Assembly: GCA_963780225.1 (NCBI GenBank)
Contig: CAWAAX010000026.1
Location: forward strand, 160,001 to 224,000
Reading direction: 5' to 3'
DNA: 64,000 nucleotides
Source of the DNA: an uncultured bacterium
GTDB taxonomy: Bacteria > Edwardsbacteria > AC1 > EtOH8
The notes beneath the pieces were generated by a model. That model searched no databases. It saw nothing but the letters and a program-made list of their open reading frames with translations, and was not told where the DNA came from. A program made the translations under genes and the position numbers. Below are positions 52,037 through 60,912 of this stretch, one piece after another (position 1 is the stretch's first letter; every line of letters begins with the position of its first letter).

Positions 52037-52776
52037 CCAGGGACTGCATCTGCCTGATACTGGCGGCGGGGCATGGAACCAGGATGAAGTCCGGCCTGGC
52101 CAAGGTCCTGCATCCTTTATGCGGGAAGCCGCTGGTGGAGCACGTGGTCCGCTCGGCCCAAACGGCCGGGGTGGCCCGGACCGTGGTCATCGTCGGCCAC
52201 CAGGCCGAACAGGTCAAAGAATCACTAAAGGGCCTGGAGGTCGAGTTCGTGCTTCAGTCCCCGCAGAAGGGCACCGGCCACGCGGTGATGCAGGCCCTGC
52301 CGATCATAGAAAAATTCGCCGGCGAACTGTTGGTGCTTTACGGCGACGTGCCGCTGATCAAGCCGGGGACCATCGTCGCACTGTTGGAGAAGCATCGGGC
52401 CGAGCGCAACGCCTGCACCATGCTAACCACGATCATAGACCAGCCGGGGGGCTACGGCCGGATCATCCGGGACGCTGATGGCTCTGTAGCAAAGATCGTC
52501 GAAGCCAAAGATGCTTCTTCCGCGGAACTGGCGGTCAAGGAGATCAACCCGGCCATCTGCGCCTTCGAGAACCAGAGACTGGTGGAAGCGCTGGGGCTCT
52601 TACAACCCAACAACAAGCAGGGCGAATATTACCTGACCGACGTGATCGGGATATTCAAACAGCAGGGACAGAAGATCGCGGCCCAGATCGTCGAAGACAG
52701 CCGGGAAGTGCTGGGGATCAACACCCCGGAGGAATTGGCTGAGTGCGAGAAATACCTGCAAAGAAATTCTGTTTGA
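52033..52776 (+). CDS. GlmU-like N-terminal nucleotidyltransferase (no acetyltransferase domain)
   Basis: LAAGHGTRMKS, GTGHAV, GYGRIIR and EYYLTD. Ends at 247 aa. Confidence 0.88.
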   Translation: MTRDCICLILAAGHGTRMKSGLAKVLHPLCGKPLVEHVVRSAQTAGVARTVVIVGHQAEQVKESLKGLEVEFVLQSPQKGTGHAVMQALPIIEKFAGELLVLYGDVPLIKPGTIVALLEKHRAERNACTMLTTIIDQPGGYGRIIRDADGSVAKIVEAKDASSAELAVKEINPAICAFENQRLVEALGLLQPNNKQGEYYLTDVIGIFKQQGQKIAAQIVEDSREVLGINTPEELAECEKYLQRNSV

Positions 52777-52783
52777 CGGGACC

Positions 52784-53422
52784 ATGCACATTCACATTGA
52801 CACGGGTAAGCTGCTCGGTTTCTTGATGCCGGTAATTTTACTGATCCTGACGGGGATATTTGTATTCAATAAACTTTGCGACGGCAGCATCTGGTACGAT
52901 CATGGAAATCTAAGTCCCCGCATGGCAGTGGCGCTGGCCCAGGATGAAGAAGGCCGGGCCTCTTTCGAACCCGAGGATATAACCAAAGGAAAAGGGCGGG
53001 TAGTGCAACACGGCCGCCGGATAACCCTGCTGGTGGAAGTGCTGGACAACGATGGCAACACCACCAGCTCCGGCCAAATGAGTTTTATTTATCCGCCCAT
53101 CGACACCGACAGACACCAGGGTGTTCCCTGTCAGGTTCAGTCAGGAAAGGTCCCCGAATATTTCTTCACCTGCATTGCGGGAATGAAGGCCGGGGGCGTC
53201 CGCAGGATCATTCTGCCCAGCACCAGCAGGGATCCAGACTCCGAGCCCCGGCGCTTCATTGACGGCGCGACCGGACAGATTGTGGCAGAGCTGCCCCAGG
53301 ACCAAGAGGTGCCGTTGAGGATCACCATTCTCAAGGTCTGCCGTCCGGTCATAAAATTAGTGACCACCTATTCTGTTCCAGCCATGCGAGAGAAACGGAT
53401 AATGGAACTTTGGTGTTGGTGA
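52784..53422 (+). CDS. Membrane-anchored protein with degenerate FKBP-like domain
   Basis: DITKGKG..G and IAGMKAGGVRRIILP. Confidence 0.6.
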   Translation: MHIHIDTGKLLGFLMPVILLILTGIFVFNKLCDGSIWYDHGNLSPRMAVALAQDEEGRASFEPEDITKGKGRVVQHGRRITLLVEVLDNDGNTTSSGQMSFIYPPIDTDRHQGVPCQVQSGKVPEYFFTCIAGMKAGGVRRIILPSTSRDPDSEPRRFIDGATGQIVAELPQDQEVPLRITILKVCRPVIKLVTTYSVPAMREKRIMELWCW

Positions 53423-53473
53423 TCAGCACTGTGTTACAGAAACCAAAAAACAAACATCAAAATCGGTAAAATC

Positions 53474-53941
53474 ATGTCCCCTGTTGATCTAAAAAAACGC
53501 CCGGCCGGGAAGGGCCGGAAAAAACTGATGTTCACCGCGGTCCTGCTGCTGGTGGTGGTCTGCGGGGCCGTGGGCCTTTCCCTCTACTGGCGCTGGAAGG
53601 AGAACCACGAGATCGAGAAGAAGCGGCGCATCGCCCAGATAAGGGTGCAGGTGCTGAACGGCACCAGGGAGGCCGGACTGGCCCAGAAGATGGCCGACGA
53701 ACTGCGCCGCTGGGGCTTTGACGTGGTGGACATCGCCAACGCCGAGAACGACAGTTTTCCCGAGACGGTTGTGGTGGACCGGGCCGACAACAGCACCGGC
53801 AACGCCGCTTACGTGGCCGAGGCCTTAAAATGCAAAAACATAATCCCGCAATTAGAATCAAGATCATATTTGGAGGTAACAGTAATAATTGGCAAAGACT
53901 ACATCCGTCCCCAAAAGAAAGGTCTCCTCGGCCGGTTCTAA
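53474..53941 (+). CDS. LytR C-terminal domain protein
   Basis: VQVLNGT..GLA and VTVIIGKDY. Confidence 0.88.
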   Translation: MSPVDLKKRPAGKGRKKLMFTAVLLLVVVCGAVGLSLYWRWKENHEIEKKRRIAQIRVQVLNGTREAGLAQKMADELRRWGFDVVDIANAENDSFPETVVVDRADNSTGNAAYVAEALKCKNIIPQLESRSYLEVTVIIGKDYIRPQKKGLLGRF

Positions 53942-54461
53942 AGCCTTGAGGAGGCCCAAAAAAGTATCCCTGGCCCGGAGAAAGGCCGCCGTCCGGAAAC
54001 CGGCGGTCAAGAAAACCGTTCCGGTCAGAAAACTGGTGATCAAGAAAACAGCGCCGGTCCAGAAGAAAACGGTCCGGCCACAACCCACACCTCGACGCGG
54101 CTCGGTGCAAGCGCCGGACCAGGTGAAAGTCCTGGCCCACGAGATCTCCCAGCTGGCCCTAAGCAAAAAAGCCTTCGACGTCAGCGTGCTGGAGATCAAG
54201 GACCTGTCGTCCGTGGCCGATTACTTTGTGCTGGCCTCCGGGGCCACCGACATTCAGGTCCGGGCCATCTGCCACGCCATCGAGGACGGCTTAAGGGCCA
54301 AGGGCGTAAAGCCGCACCACGTGGAGGGAATGGCCGGGGCCACCTGGGTGCTGCTGGATTACGTGGACGTGGTGGTGCACATCATGCAGCCCCGGGCCCG
54401 CGATTACTATGCGCTGGAAGAACTGTGGGCCGACGCCCCCAAGGAGGAGGTAAAGGACTGA
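53889..54461 (+). CDS. rsfS: Ribosome silencing factor with basic N-terminal extension
   Basis: ADYFVLASG, WVLLDYVDVVVH and YYALEELW. Confidence 0.9.
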   Translation: MAKTTSVPKRKVSSAGSKALRRPKKVSLARRKAAVRKPAVKKTVPVRKLVIKKTAPVQKKTVRPQPTPRRGSVQAPDQVKVLAHEISQLALSKKAFDVSVLEIKDLSSVADYFVLASGATDIQVRAICHAIEDGLRAKGVKPHHVEGMAGATWVLLDYVDVVVHIMQPRARDYYALEELWADAPKEEVKD

Positions 54462-54524
54462 GGACCTAACCCCCATCCCCTTCCCCGCCAGGGAAGGGGC
54501 GTAGGATTTAGGCTGCGCCACATT

Positions 54525-56159
54525 ATGATCAAACAATACCTGCAGGAACAAATAATCCAGGCCGTTCAAAAAGCCGCCGGCACCAGGCTGGAAGAACAGG
54601 CCGTTGTGCTGGAGCGCCCCAAGCAGGCCGCCCATGGCGACTGGGCCACCAGCATCGCCCTGTCGCTGGCCAAGGAGCTGAAGGCCAAGCCGCGGGAAAT
54701 CGCCCAGAAGATAGTTGATTCCCTGTCTCTGGACCCCGCACTGGTGGCCAAGACCGAGATCGCCGGGCCGGGGTTCATCAATTTTACCCTGACCTCTGAC
54801 TGGCTTTACCAGGAACTGGCCGGGCTGTTGTCCCACGGTTCCAAATACGGCCGATCCCAAATCGGGAATGGCAAGAAGGCCCAGGTGGAATTCGTCTCAG
54901 CCAACCCCACCGGCCCGCTGAACATCGGCCACGGCCGCAATGCCGCCATCGGCGACTCGCTGGCCCGGCTGCTGGAAGCCACCGGGTATCAGGTGACCCG
55001 CGAATATTATTTCAACGACAGCGGGCTTCAGATGAAGAAGCTGGCCCAGTCGGTCTTCCTGCGCTACCAGCAGGCGCTGGGCAAGGAGATCGTGTTCCCC
55101 GAGGACATTTACCAGGGCGAATACATCAGGGATATCGCCGAGAACTGCCGCAAGGCAAAGGGCGATTCGCTGACCGAGGCCGATCTGGAATACTTCAAGC
55201 AGAGCGCGGTGGCGGTGATCTTTGAAGAGATCAAGGCCACGATGGCCCGGATGGGGATAGTCTTCGATGTATTCTACAACGAAAGCGACCTTTACCAGAG
55301 AGGCGAGATCGAAAGCACCCTGCAGACACTCAAAGACAAGGGACTGACCTACGAGAACGAGGGCGCGGTCTGGTTCAAGGCCACCCAGTTCGGGGCCGAG
55401 AAGGACCGGGTGCTGGTGCGCTCCACCGGCGAGCCCACCTACCGGCTGCCGGACATCGCCTACCATCTTACAAAATTCAAGCGGGGCTTCGATCTGGTGA
55501 TAGACGTTTTTGGCAGCGATCACCAGGCCACCTACCCCGACGTGCTGGCCGCGTTGGGCGCGCTGGGCTTCGATCCTTCGCGGATCGATGTCCGGATATA
55601 CCAGTTTGTCACTTTGATGCGGGGCGGCGAGCAGGTGAAGATGTCCACCCGCAAGGCCACCTACGTCACCCTGGACGAGCTGTTCGACGAGGTGGGCGCG
55701 GACGCGGCCCGCTATTTTTTCCTGATGCGGCGGATGGAATCGCACCTGGACTTTGACCTGGACCTGGCCAAGAAGAAATCCGACGAGAACCCGGTCTTCT
55801 ATGTGCAGTACGCCCACGCCCGGATCTGCTCGATACTGGAACACGCCAAGGAAAAGGGCGTGGTGCGGGCCGCCGGGGACCTGTTGCTTTTGAAGGAACC
55901 GGAGGAGATAAAGCTGATCAAATCCCTGCTGGAATTCCCGGAACTGGTGCAGGGCGCAGCCCTGTCGCGGGAGCCGCACCGCATACCGACTTACCTGCAG
56001 GAGCTGTCCGGGATCTTCCATAACTTTTACCACCAGCACCGGGTGGTCACCGAGGACCAGGCGCTGTCCAACGCCCGGCTGGACCTGTGCCAGGCTACCC
56101 GCACCGTGATCGCGAACGGGCTGGGGCTTTTGGGGGTTAGCGCCCCGGAGAAGATGTGA
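54525..56159 (+). CDS. argS: Arginine--tRNA ligase
   Basis: VEFVSANPTGPLNIGH, KMSTR and YVQYAHAR. Confidence 0.97.
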   Translation: MIKQYLQEQIIQAVQKAAGTRLEEQAVVLERPKQAAHGDWATSIALSLAKELKAKPREIAQKIVDSLSLDPALVAKTEIAGPGFINFTLTSDWLYQELAGLLSHGSKYGRSQIGNGKKAQVEFVSANPTGPLNIGHGRNAAIGDSLARLLEATGYQVTREYYFNDSGLQMKKLAQSVFLRYQQALGKEIVFPEDIYQGEYIRDIAENCRKAKGDSLTEADLEYFKQSAVAVIFEEIKATMARMGIVFDVFYNESDLYQRGEIESTLQTLKDKGLTYENEGAVWFKATQFGAEKDRVLVRSTGEPTYRLPDIAYHLTKFKRGFDLVIDVFGSDHQATYPDVLAALGALGFDPSRIDVRIYQFVTLMRGGEQVKMSTRKATYVTLDELFDEVGADAARYFFLMRRMESHLDFDLDLAKKKSDENPVFYVQYAHARICSILEHAKEKGVVRAAGDLLLLKEPEEIKLIKSLLEFPELVQGAALSREPHRIPTYLQELSGIFHNFYHQHRVVTEDQALSNARLDLCQATRTVIANGLGLLGVSAPEKM

Positions 56160-56162
56160 CCT

Positions 56163-56649
56163 GTTTCGACCTCACCCCTGCCCCTCTCCAAAAGCATTTG
56201 GAGAGGGAGGAGGTAACCAGTAAAACTGTATGACAAGTTTAAAGAACATTGGTGTCAGTACTGGCCGCCGGATCAAGAATGAAAAGCTTGAGATGGCAAA
56301 GCTAATGCGGAGGGAGATGACCTATGCCGAGCGGTGTTTTTGGAACGGGGTCAGGGGCCGGAAACTCCATGGCTTGAAATTCCGCCGCCAGCAGATCATT
56401 GACGGGTTTATAGCAGATTTCTATTGTAATGAGTTAAGGCTGATAGTTGAGATAGACGGCGGGGTTCACGAGACCCAGAAGGATTATGATAAACTGCGCG
56501 ACAGGATAATCAGCCGGAATGAAATTAAAGTGATCCGGTTTTCCAACGAGTTGGTCGTAGACCAGTTTGATACGGTGGTCAAACGTATTGGTGAACTGCG
56601 GCCTCCCTCGCCAGGTTTACCTGGAGAGGGGCAGGGGTGAGGTCGAAAC
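56163..56649. mobile_element. Putative minimal element: DUF559 gene inside perfect 28-bp terminal inverted repeats
   Basis: GTTTCGACCTCACCCCTGCCCCTCTCCA at 56163-56190 and its exact reverse complement at 56622-56649. Confidence 0.7.
56230..56640 (+). CDS. DUF559 / Vsr-like endonuclease
   Basis: MRREMTYAE..KFRRQ..IADFYC..IVEIDGGVH..IRFSN. Confidence 0.93.
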   Translation: MTSLKNIGVSTGRRIKNEKLEMAKLMRREMTYAERCFWNGVRGRKLHGLKFRRQQIIDGFIADFYCNELRLIVEIDGGVHETQKDYDKLRDRIISRNEIKVIRFSNELVVDQFDTVVKRIGELRPPSPGLPGEGQG

Positions 56650-56650
56650 C

Positions 56651-57325
56651 ATGAGCTTAAAAACCAATTACATAGGCCACGACGCCCGGTACAAAAGACG
56701 CAAAGCCGAGGGCAAGACCGGCTGGAACGACGAAAAGGACTGGAGCGAATGGCGGACGGAAATACTTGCCCTGATCGCTTCGGATGGCTTTCCGAAGTCG
56801 GGCAAAGTGCTGGAGTTGGGCTGCGGGGCCGGAGACGTGTCCCTGCTGTTTGCGGAAAGGGGTTATCAGGTCACCGGTATTGACATTGCACCGAGCGCCA
56901 TAGAGTGGGCCAGGGAGAAGAGCCTAAAAGCGAATATAAAGGCAGAATTTATCGAAGGCGACGTTCGGAACTTGAGAAGATGGGAAGATGGGGTCTTTGA
57001 TATTGTGGTCGACGGACATTGCCTGCATTGCATCATAGGTGACGACCGGACTGAAATGCTTAAAGAAGCATACCGGGTCTTAAGGCCCGGCGGGTTATTT
57101 TATGTCAGCAGCATGTGCGGAGATCCGAAGGAACCGGAAGTCTTGAGCATGTACGATCCCGAGTCGCGGTGTACAATACACGGAGGCGTGGCGGGAAGGT
57201 ATTTCGGCCGGGCGGAGGATATAATCAAAGAGATAGAGAAAGCGGGGTTCAAGGTCAAACGGCACGAAGTGCGGGAGAATAACGAATTGCAAGATGATTT
57301 GATCGTATTAGCTAATAAATTATAG
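56651..57325 (+). CDS. Class I SAM-dependent methyltransferase
   Basis: VLELGCGAG and RVLRPGG. Confidence 0.9.
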   Translation: MSLKTNYIGHDARYKRRKAEGKTGWNDEKDWSEWRTEILALIASDGFPKSGKVLELGCGAGDVSLLFAERGYQVTGIDIAPSAIEWAREKSLKANIKAEFIEGDVRNLRRWEDGVFDIVVDGHCLHCIIGDDRTEMLKEAYRVLRPGGLFYVSSMCGDPKEPEVLSMYDPESRCTIHGGVAGRYFGRAEDIIKEIEKAGFKVKRHEVRENNELQDDLIVLANKL

Positions 57326-57347
57326 AATTCAAATGAGAGGTGTTTAG

Positions 57348-58409
57348 ATGAGAAAACATATTTTAGCAATCTTTACGGCTTCTCTATTTATAACACTTTT
57401 AGGTTGCGGGACTTTTCACTCACTTGATAAAGGCCTAATATCTGGAAACCATACAACTCAAAAGGCAGCGGAAGATGACTATTTTAGATTGAGTCACGAA
57501 GATCAATTTAAATATATAAGTAAAATTACCAATAAATTAAAAAACGAGAGTGACCCCCAAAAGGGATTACAGTTAGTTACGATCATAGCACATTGTCATT
57601 ATGCAGACTCTTATCCTTCGGGCGTGTTGTATCAATTTTCAGATCGCATTGATAATGAAAAAATAGTATTAAGGTATAAGAACCCCACAACGTTATTGAA
57701 AAAAATAGGTTCAAAGGCTACTAATACAATTATTTATGCAGCAACAAAGGGCGATGTAAAAACACGAAGGTGGTCTGCAATGGCTTTAGGTGATATTGAA
57801 TATAATGACCCAAGAAAAACTAAGGCCTTGTTAACTTCGTTTGACGATGAAAACCCTTCCGTTTGTTTTGAAGCGGCTCAATCAGCATGGTTGGCAAGAA
57901 ACTTGTGTATGACTGAATTGTATGGGTCGTTCAGAAAAGGAAACATATATGCAGCATATGCTTTATTGGGGACAGATTCTTTAGATGAAGAAATAGTCGA
58001 GATGTTTCATGAAGATTATAAGGGCAGTCAGTCTTTAGGAAATCAAAACATCATCGATGCTTTAGCTTATATTGGTCCAAAAAACGAACAAGAGATAAAA
58101 CTCATAATGCTTGGGTTTAAAGATGGACTGGTGTCAGAAAGGTACATGATAGATAATGCCGATCAGATAATGCCCAACATTATCAAGACTTTGACAGAAG
58201 ACGATACAAATCAGAAATTTAAAATTATTAAATTATTGAAAAACCTGGAGCCAACAAAGGCAAAAAATGCCGTTTCATCGGTTATGCCATTGTTAAAAGA
58301 CAAGAATCCATACATTGTAATTTCTGCAGCAGAATTTCTTGAAAAGTATGATGTACCGGAGGCCCAAAAGATCGCACAGAAGCACCGTGAAACATTTAAC
58401 AAAGAATAG
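57348..58409 (+). CDS. HEAT-repeat lipoprotein (AT-rich insert)
   Basis: LLGC lipobox and R..SAMALG / LLKDKNPY repeats. Confidence 0.7.
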   Translation: MRKHILAIFTASLFITLLGCGTFHSLDKGLISGNHTTQKAAEDDYFRLSHEDQFKYISKITNKLKNESDPQKGLQLVTIIAHCHYADSYPSGVLYQFSDRIDNEKIVLRYKNPTTLLKKIGSKATNTIIYAATKGDVKTRRWSAMALGDIEYNDPRKTKALLTSFDDENPSVCFEAAQSAWLARNLCMTELYGSFRKGNIYAAYALLGTDSLDEEIVEMFHEDYKGSQSLGNQNIIDALAYIGPKNEQEIKLIMLGFKDGLVSERYMIDNADQIMPNIIKTLTEDDTNQKFKIIKLLKNLEPTKAKNAVSSVMPLLKDKNPYIVISAAEFLEKYDVPEAQKIAQKHRETFNKE

Positions 58410-58423
58410 TCAATAGAAATACT

Positions 58424-58517
58424 ATGCGCTACAAAGATGCTGGCGTCAACATAGACGCCGGGACCGAATCATGCGCTACAAAGATGCTGGCGTCAACATA
58501 GACGCCGGGACCGAATC
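58424..58517 (+). repeat. Exact 47-bp tandem duplication of the purM start
   Basis: 58424-58470 equals 58471-58517. Confidence 0.93.
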
Positions 58518-59511
58518 GGTCCAACGGATAAAAAAAGTGGTCCGCTCCACCTTCACCAAGAACGTGCTGACGGACATCGGCGGCTTCGGCGCCCTGTACG
58601 ACGGCTCGCTCAAGGGCTACCAGCAGCCGGTGCTGGTCTCCTCCTGCGACGGGGTGGGCACCAAGCTCAAGGTGGCCCTGATGGCCAAACAGCACGGCAC
58701 GGTGGGCCAGGACCTGGTGAACCACTGCGTCAACGACATTCTGGTCCAGGGGGCCAAGCCGCTGTTCTTCATGGACTACGCCGCCTTCGGACGGCTGGAG
58801 CCGAAGATACTGGAAGCCATCGTCACCGGCTTCGCCAAGGCCTGCAAGCAGAACGGCTGTTCCCTGATCGGCGGCGAGACCGCCGAGATGCCGGGGATGT
58901 ACGCCGTCGGCGACTACGACCTGGCCGGGTTCATAGTGGGCGCGGTGGACAAGAAAAAACTGATCACCGGAAAGACCATCAAGCCCGGGGACGTGGTGAT
59001 AGGACTTTCCACCAACGGCCTGCAGACCAACGGCTTTTCCCTGGCCCGGAAGATCCTGTTCGAAAAATGTAATTACAAAGTATCTACACGCCTGCCGGAG
59101 CTTGGCTCTACTGTGGGTGAGGCTTTGCTCAAGGTGCATCCTTCCTTCTTAAAGCCGGTCACCCCGCTGCTGGACAAGGGACTGGTCAAGGGCATGGCCC
59201 ACATTACCGGCGGCGGCTTCCTGGACAACATCCCGCGGGTGCTGCCCAAGGACTGCAACGTGGAGATCAAGCTCGGCTCCTGGCCGGTGCTGCCGGTCTT
59301 CGAACTTATGCAAAAGAAGGGCAGGGTGCCGCAGGACGACATGTACCGGACGTTCAACATGGGGATAGGGTTTGTGCTGGTCGTGGCCCAGCCCGATGCG
59401 GCCGCAGCGCTGAAGAGTTTAAGGGGGTTAAAAGGTTTGAACGGGTTTTCGCCCAAGGCTTACGTGATCGGGCAGGTGGTCAAGGGAAAGAAAAAAGTTA
59501 AGTTGATGTAA
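58471..59511 (+). CDS. purM: Phosphoribosylformylglycinamidine cyclo-ligase
   Basis: YKDAGVNI, DGVGTK, GGETAEMPG, HITGGG and TFNMGIG. Confidence 0.97.
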   Translation: MRYKDAGVNIDAGTESVQRIKKVVRSTFTKNVLTDIGGFGALYDGSLKGYQQPVLVSSCDGVGTKLKVALMAKQHGTVGQDLVNHCVNDILVQGAKPLFFMDYAAFGRLEPKILEAIVTGFAKACKQNGCSLIGGETAEMPGMYAVGDYDLAGFIVGAVDKKKLITGKTIKPGDVVIGLSTNGLQTNGFSLARKILFEKCNYKVSTRLPELGSTVGEALLKVHPSFLKPVTPLLDKGLVKGMAHITGGGFLDNIPRVLPKDCNVEIKLGSWPVLPVFELMQKKGRVPQDDMYRTFNMGIGFVLVVAQPDAAAALKSLRGLKGLNGFSPKAYVIGQVVKGKKKVKLM

Positions 59512-59607
59512 CCCCTCTCCAGCACTTCGAACTGGCAGGCTAAAAGCCATCTCAGTGCAGGCCTCTCCCCTGGTAGGAGAGAGGCAGAATTATGAAAGAG
59601 AGGTTTT

Positions 59608-60453
59608 ATGAAGATCTATCTCAACGAAAAGCACATCAAGGCCGAGAAGGGCGCCAGGGTGGCCGAGCTGGTGAAACAGCACAAGCCCGGGGCCGAGGTC
59701 TGCGTGCTAAACGGCTTTCCCTGTCTCCTGGAACATACGGTGGAGGAGGGCGACCGTCTGGTGCTGATTAAGAAGGGCGAAGTGCCTTCCAAAAATGAAC
59801 TGGAGCATCTGCTGTCCGCCCGGCATACTCCGGGCATGGCCGAGAAACTGAAGAAGGCTTCGGTTGGCCTGGCCGGCTGCGGGGGGCTGGGCTCGACCGC
59901 GGCCATCGCTCTGGCCCGGGCCGGGGTGGGCCGGCTGATCATCGCCGATTTTGACGTGGTGGAGCCATCGAATCTGAACCGCCAGCAGTATTTCGTTTCG
60001 CATATCGGCCTGCCCAAGGTGGAGGCTCTGAGGGAGATAATCAAGAAGGCCAATCCCTTCACCAAGGTGGAATCCCACCATCTTCGGATAGTGCCCGAGA
60101 ACGTGGAATCCCTGTTCGGCAAGTGCGACGTGATCATCGAGGCCTTTGACATGGCGGACCAGAAGCAGATGCTGGTGGAGACGGTGCTGGCAAAACTTTC
60201 CAAGACGCCCATCGTGATCGGCAGCGGCATGGCGGGTTACGGGGCCAACGACCTGATGAAGACCAGGAAGACAGGAATGCTCTACATCTGCGGGGACGAG
60301 CGGAGCGAGGCCGGGCCGGGCTTCGGGCTGATGGCCCCCCGGGTGGGGATGGCCGCCTGTATGCAGGCCAACCAGGCGTTGGAGATACTGCTGGGGCCGG
60401 ATCCGCGCATCGACCCCTCCCTTGATCCCTCCCCCAATGGGAGAGGGAAATAA
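59608..60453 (+). CDS. thiF: Sulfur-carrier adenylyltransferase ThiF with N-terminal ubiquitin-like domain
   Basis: GCGGLGS, DFDVVEPSNLNRQ and GLMAPRV. Confidence 0.88.
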   Translation: MKIYLNEKHIKAEKGARVAELVKQHKPGAEVCVLNGFPCLLEHTVEEGDRLVLIKKGEVPSKNELEHLLSARHTPGMAEKLKKASVGLAGCGGLGSTAAIALARAGVGRLIIADFDVVEPSNLNRQQYFVSHIGLPKVEALREIIKKANPFTKVESHHLRIVPENVESLFGKCDVIIEAFDMADQKQMLVETVLAKLSKTPIVIGSGMAGYGANDLMKTRKTGMLYICGDERSEAGPGFGLMAPRVGMAACMQANQALEILLGPDPRIDPSLDPSPNGRGK

Positions 60454-60466
60454 AAGGATTTAAGAA

Positions 60467-60664
60467 ATGATCAAAGTAAATGGAACGGAGCACCCCTGGC
60501 GGCAGGGGCTGAATATAACAGAGCTGCTGAAGGAAAAGAATTACGTCTATCACGCCATCATCGTGCGGATAAACGAGAAGTTCGTTCCGCCCGAGGAGTA
60601 CCAGGCGGCCATGATCAGCGACGGGGACAGCGTGGAGGCGATACATCTGATAACTGGCGGGTAA
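60467..60664 (+). CDS. thiS: ThiS/MoaD family sulfur carrier
   Basis: 65 aa ending in GG. Confidence 0.88.
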   Translation: MIKVNGTEHPWRQGLNITELLKEKNYVYHAIIVRINEKFVPPEEYQAAMISDGDSVEAIHLITGG

Positions 60665-60912
60665 GGCCCAAAGTTTAAATGAAGTAAATGTTATAAATGG
60701 GGCCAATAAATAAGTACCATTTTTTATTAGGAATCCATGAAGCCACTTGTGGTGAGTGTGTCGAACCATGAATACTAAACTGTGGGAACCCTGATTGATT
60801 CCTGCTTTCCTGGCTTCCTTATAAAATAAATTCGTTTTCCTTAGAGTGCTATGCTTCATATTAAGTGACCTGGTTAATATAAAAGTGGTAAATGTATAAA
60901 GTTAGTGCGAAG

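Noticed and set aside
14428..56039. Many long antisense or alternate-frame ORFs in the track (for example 15193-16404, 19507-20685, 35051-36085, 54897-56039)
   Set aside because: They are shadow ORFs of high-GC3 genes, with no family motifs and near-complete overlap with well-supported CDSs.
59512..59607. TPP riboswitch upstream of thiF
   Set aside because: The region is explained by a REP hairpin with a nested element. A TPP aptamer core is not evident on the sense strand.
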